44,385 bases of DNA from Pseudomonadota bacterium (GTDB taxonomy: Bacteria; Pseudomonadota; Gammaproteobacteria; Acidiferrobacterales; UBA6901): the NCBI GenBank assembly GCA_043738765.1, contig JAYUFH010000074.1:1-44385 (forward strand). Reading direction: 5' to 3'. The notes beneath the pieces are model-generated. The model was not told the DNA's origin. It searched no databases and worked only from the letters and a program-made list of their open reading frames with translations. Shown piece by piece: positions 44,231-44,385 of the stretch; within the stretch, counting starts at the first letter, position 1, and each line of letters begins with the position of its first letter. A program made the translations under genes and the position numbers.

Positions 44231-44385
44231 TTACTTCACCAGACGCTGGGTGACGAGACCGAGCTGGGTGATTTCGAGCCGCCCAAGAATGTCGAGCACT
44301 TCGACCACCCGCTGGTACTGCACCGTGGCATCGGCCTTGACCACCACCGGCAATTGCGCATTCGCCGCCTTGTACTGCGATAAAC
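44231..44385 (-). CDS. exbD: ExbD/TolR-family biopolymer transport protein (C-terminal fragment; N-terminus outside the window)
   Basis: My minus-strand translation: ...LSQYKAANAQLPVVVKADATVQYQRVVEVLDILGRLEITQLGLVTQRLVK*, the typical ExbD C-terminal periplasmic domain. Its stop codon lies 22 nt upstream of the tonB start codon. Confidence 0.75.
   Translation of the reverse strand, partial: LSQYKAANAQLPVVVKADATVQYQRVVEVLDILGRLEITQLGLVTQRLVK

Overview
This 44.4-kb window looks like GC-rich core chromosome of a sulfur-oxidising, microaerobic proteobacterium, probably a gammaproteobacterium. All family calls come from reading motifs in the supplied translations; no searches or computations were run.

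Gene order, left to right:
- pilU (partial) and pilT; proC-yggT-yggU.
- An orphan dynamin-like GTPase, a secreted two-domain protein and a Sel1-repeat protein.
- A sparsely coding 1.2-kb stretch holding an orphan XRE regulator.
- ampG, xthA, a FimB-like membrane protein, pyrE, a bactofilin, a DUF4124-like coiled-coil protein and moaDE.
- The dissimilatory sat-aprB-aprA unit. No AprM or Qmo genes are adjacent. It is followed by a tandem repeat and a strong terminator.
- A YkgJ/FliB-type Cys-cluster protein, a SAM methyltransferase and an RDD protein.
- A complete cbb3 oxidase locus: ccoNOQP-ccoG-ccoH plus a DsbD_2-type membrane protein on the minus strand, an FNR/Anr box upstream of ccoN, a Yip1 gene, and ccoI-ccoS on the opposite strand.
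- A visibly AT-richer islet (ArsR, SRPBCC protein, 4-TM protein); then TetR, a REP-like element and a TusA-like gene.
- An 8-kb minus-strand block: exbD (partial), tonB, a porin-like outer-membrane protein, a coiled-coil protein, a phased Pho-box array, a secreted phytase-like/GDPD fusion protein and a 5'-nucleotidase.

I recognised no rRNA, tRNA, CRISPR array, IS element or integrase. Many long ORFs antisense to the identified genes are GC-driven shadow frames.

The most interesting items:
- The TonB module lacks a TonB-dependent receptor and sits next to Pho-box-controlled phosphoesterases.
- The GDPD barrel appears circularly permuted and inserted into a phytase-like domain.
- sat-aprBA has no adjacent membrane anchor.
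- An uncharacterised metal-motif membrane protein ends the cco operon.
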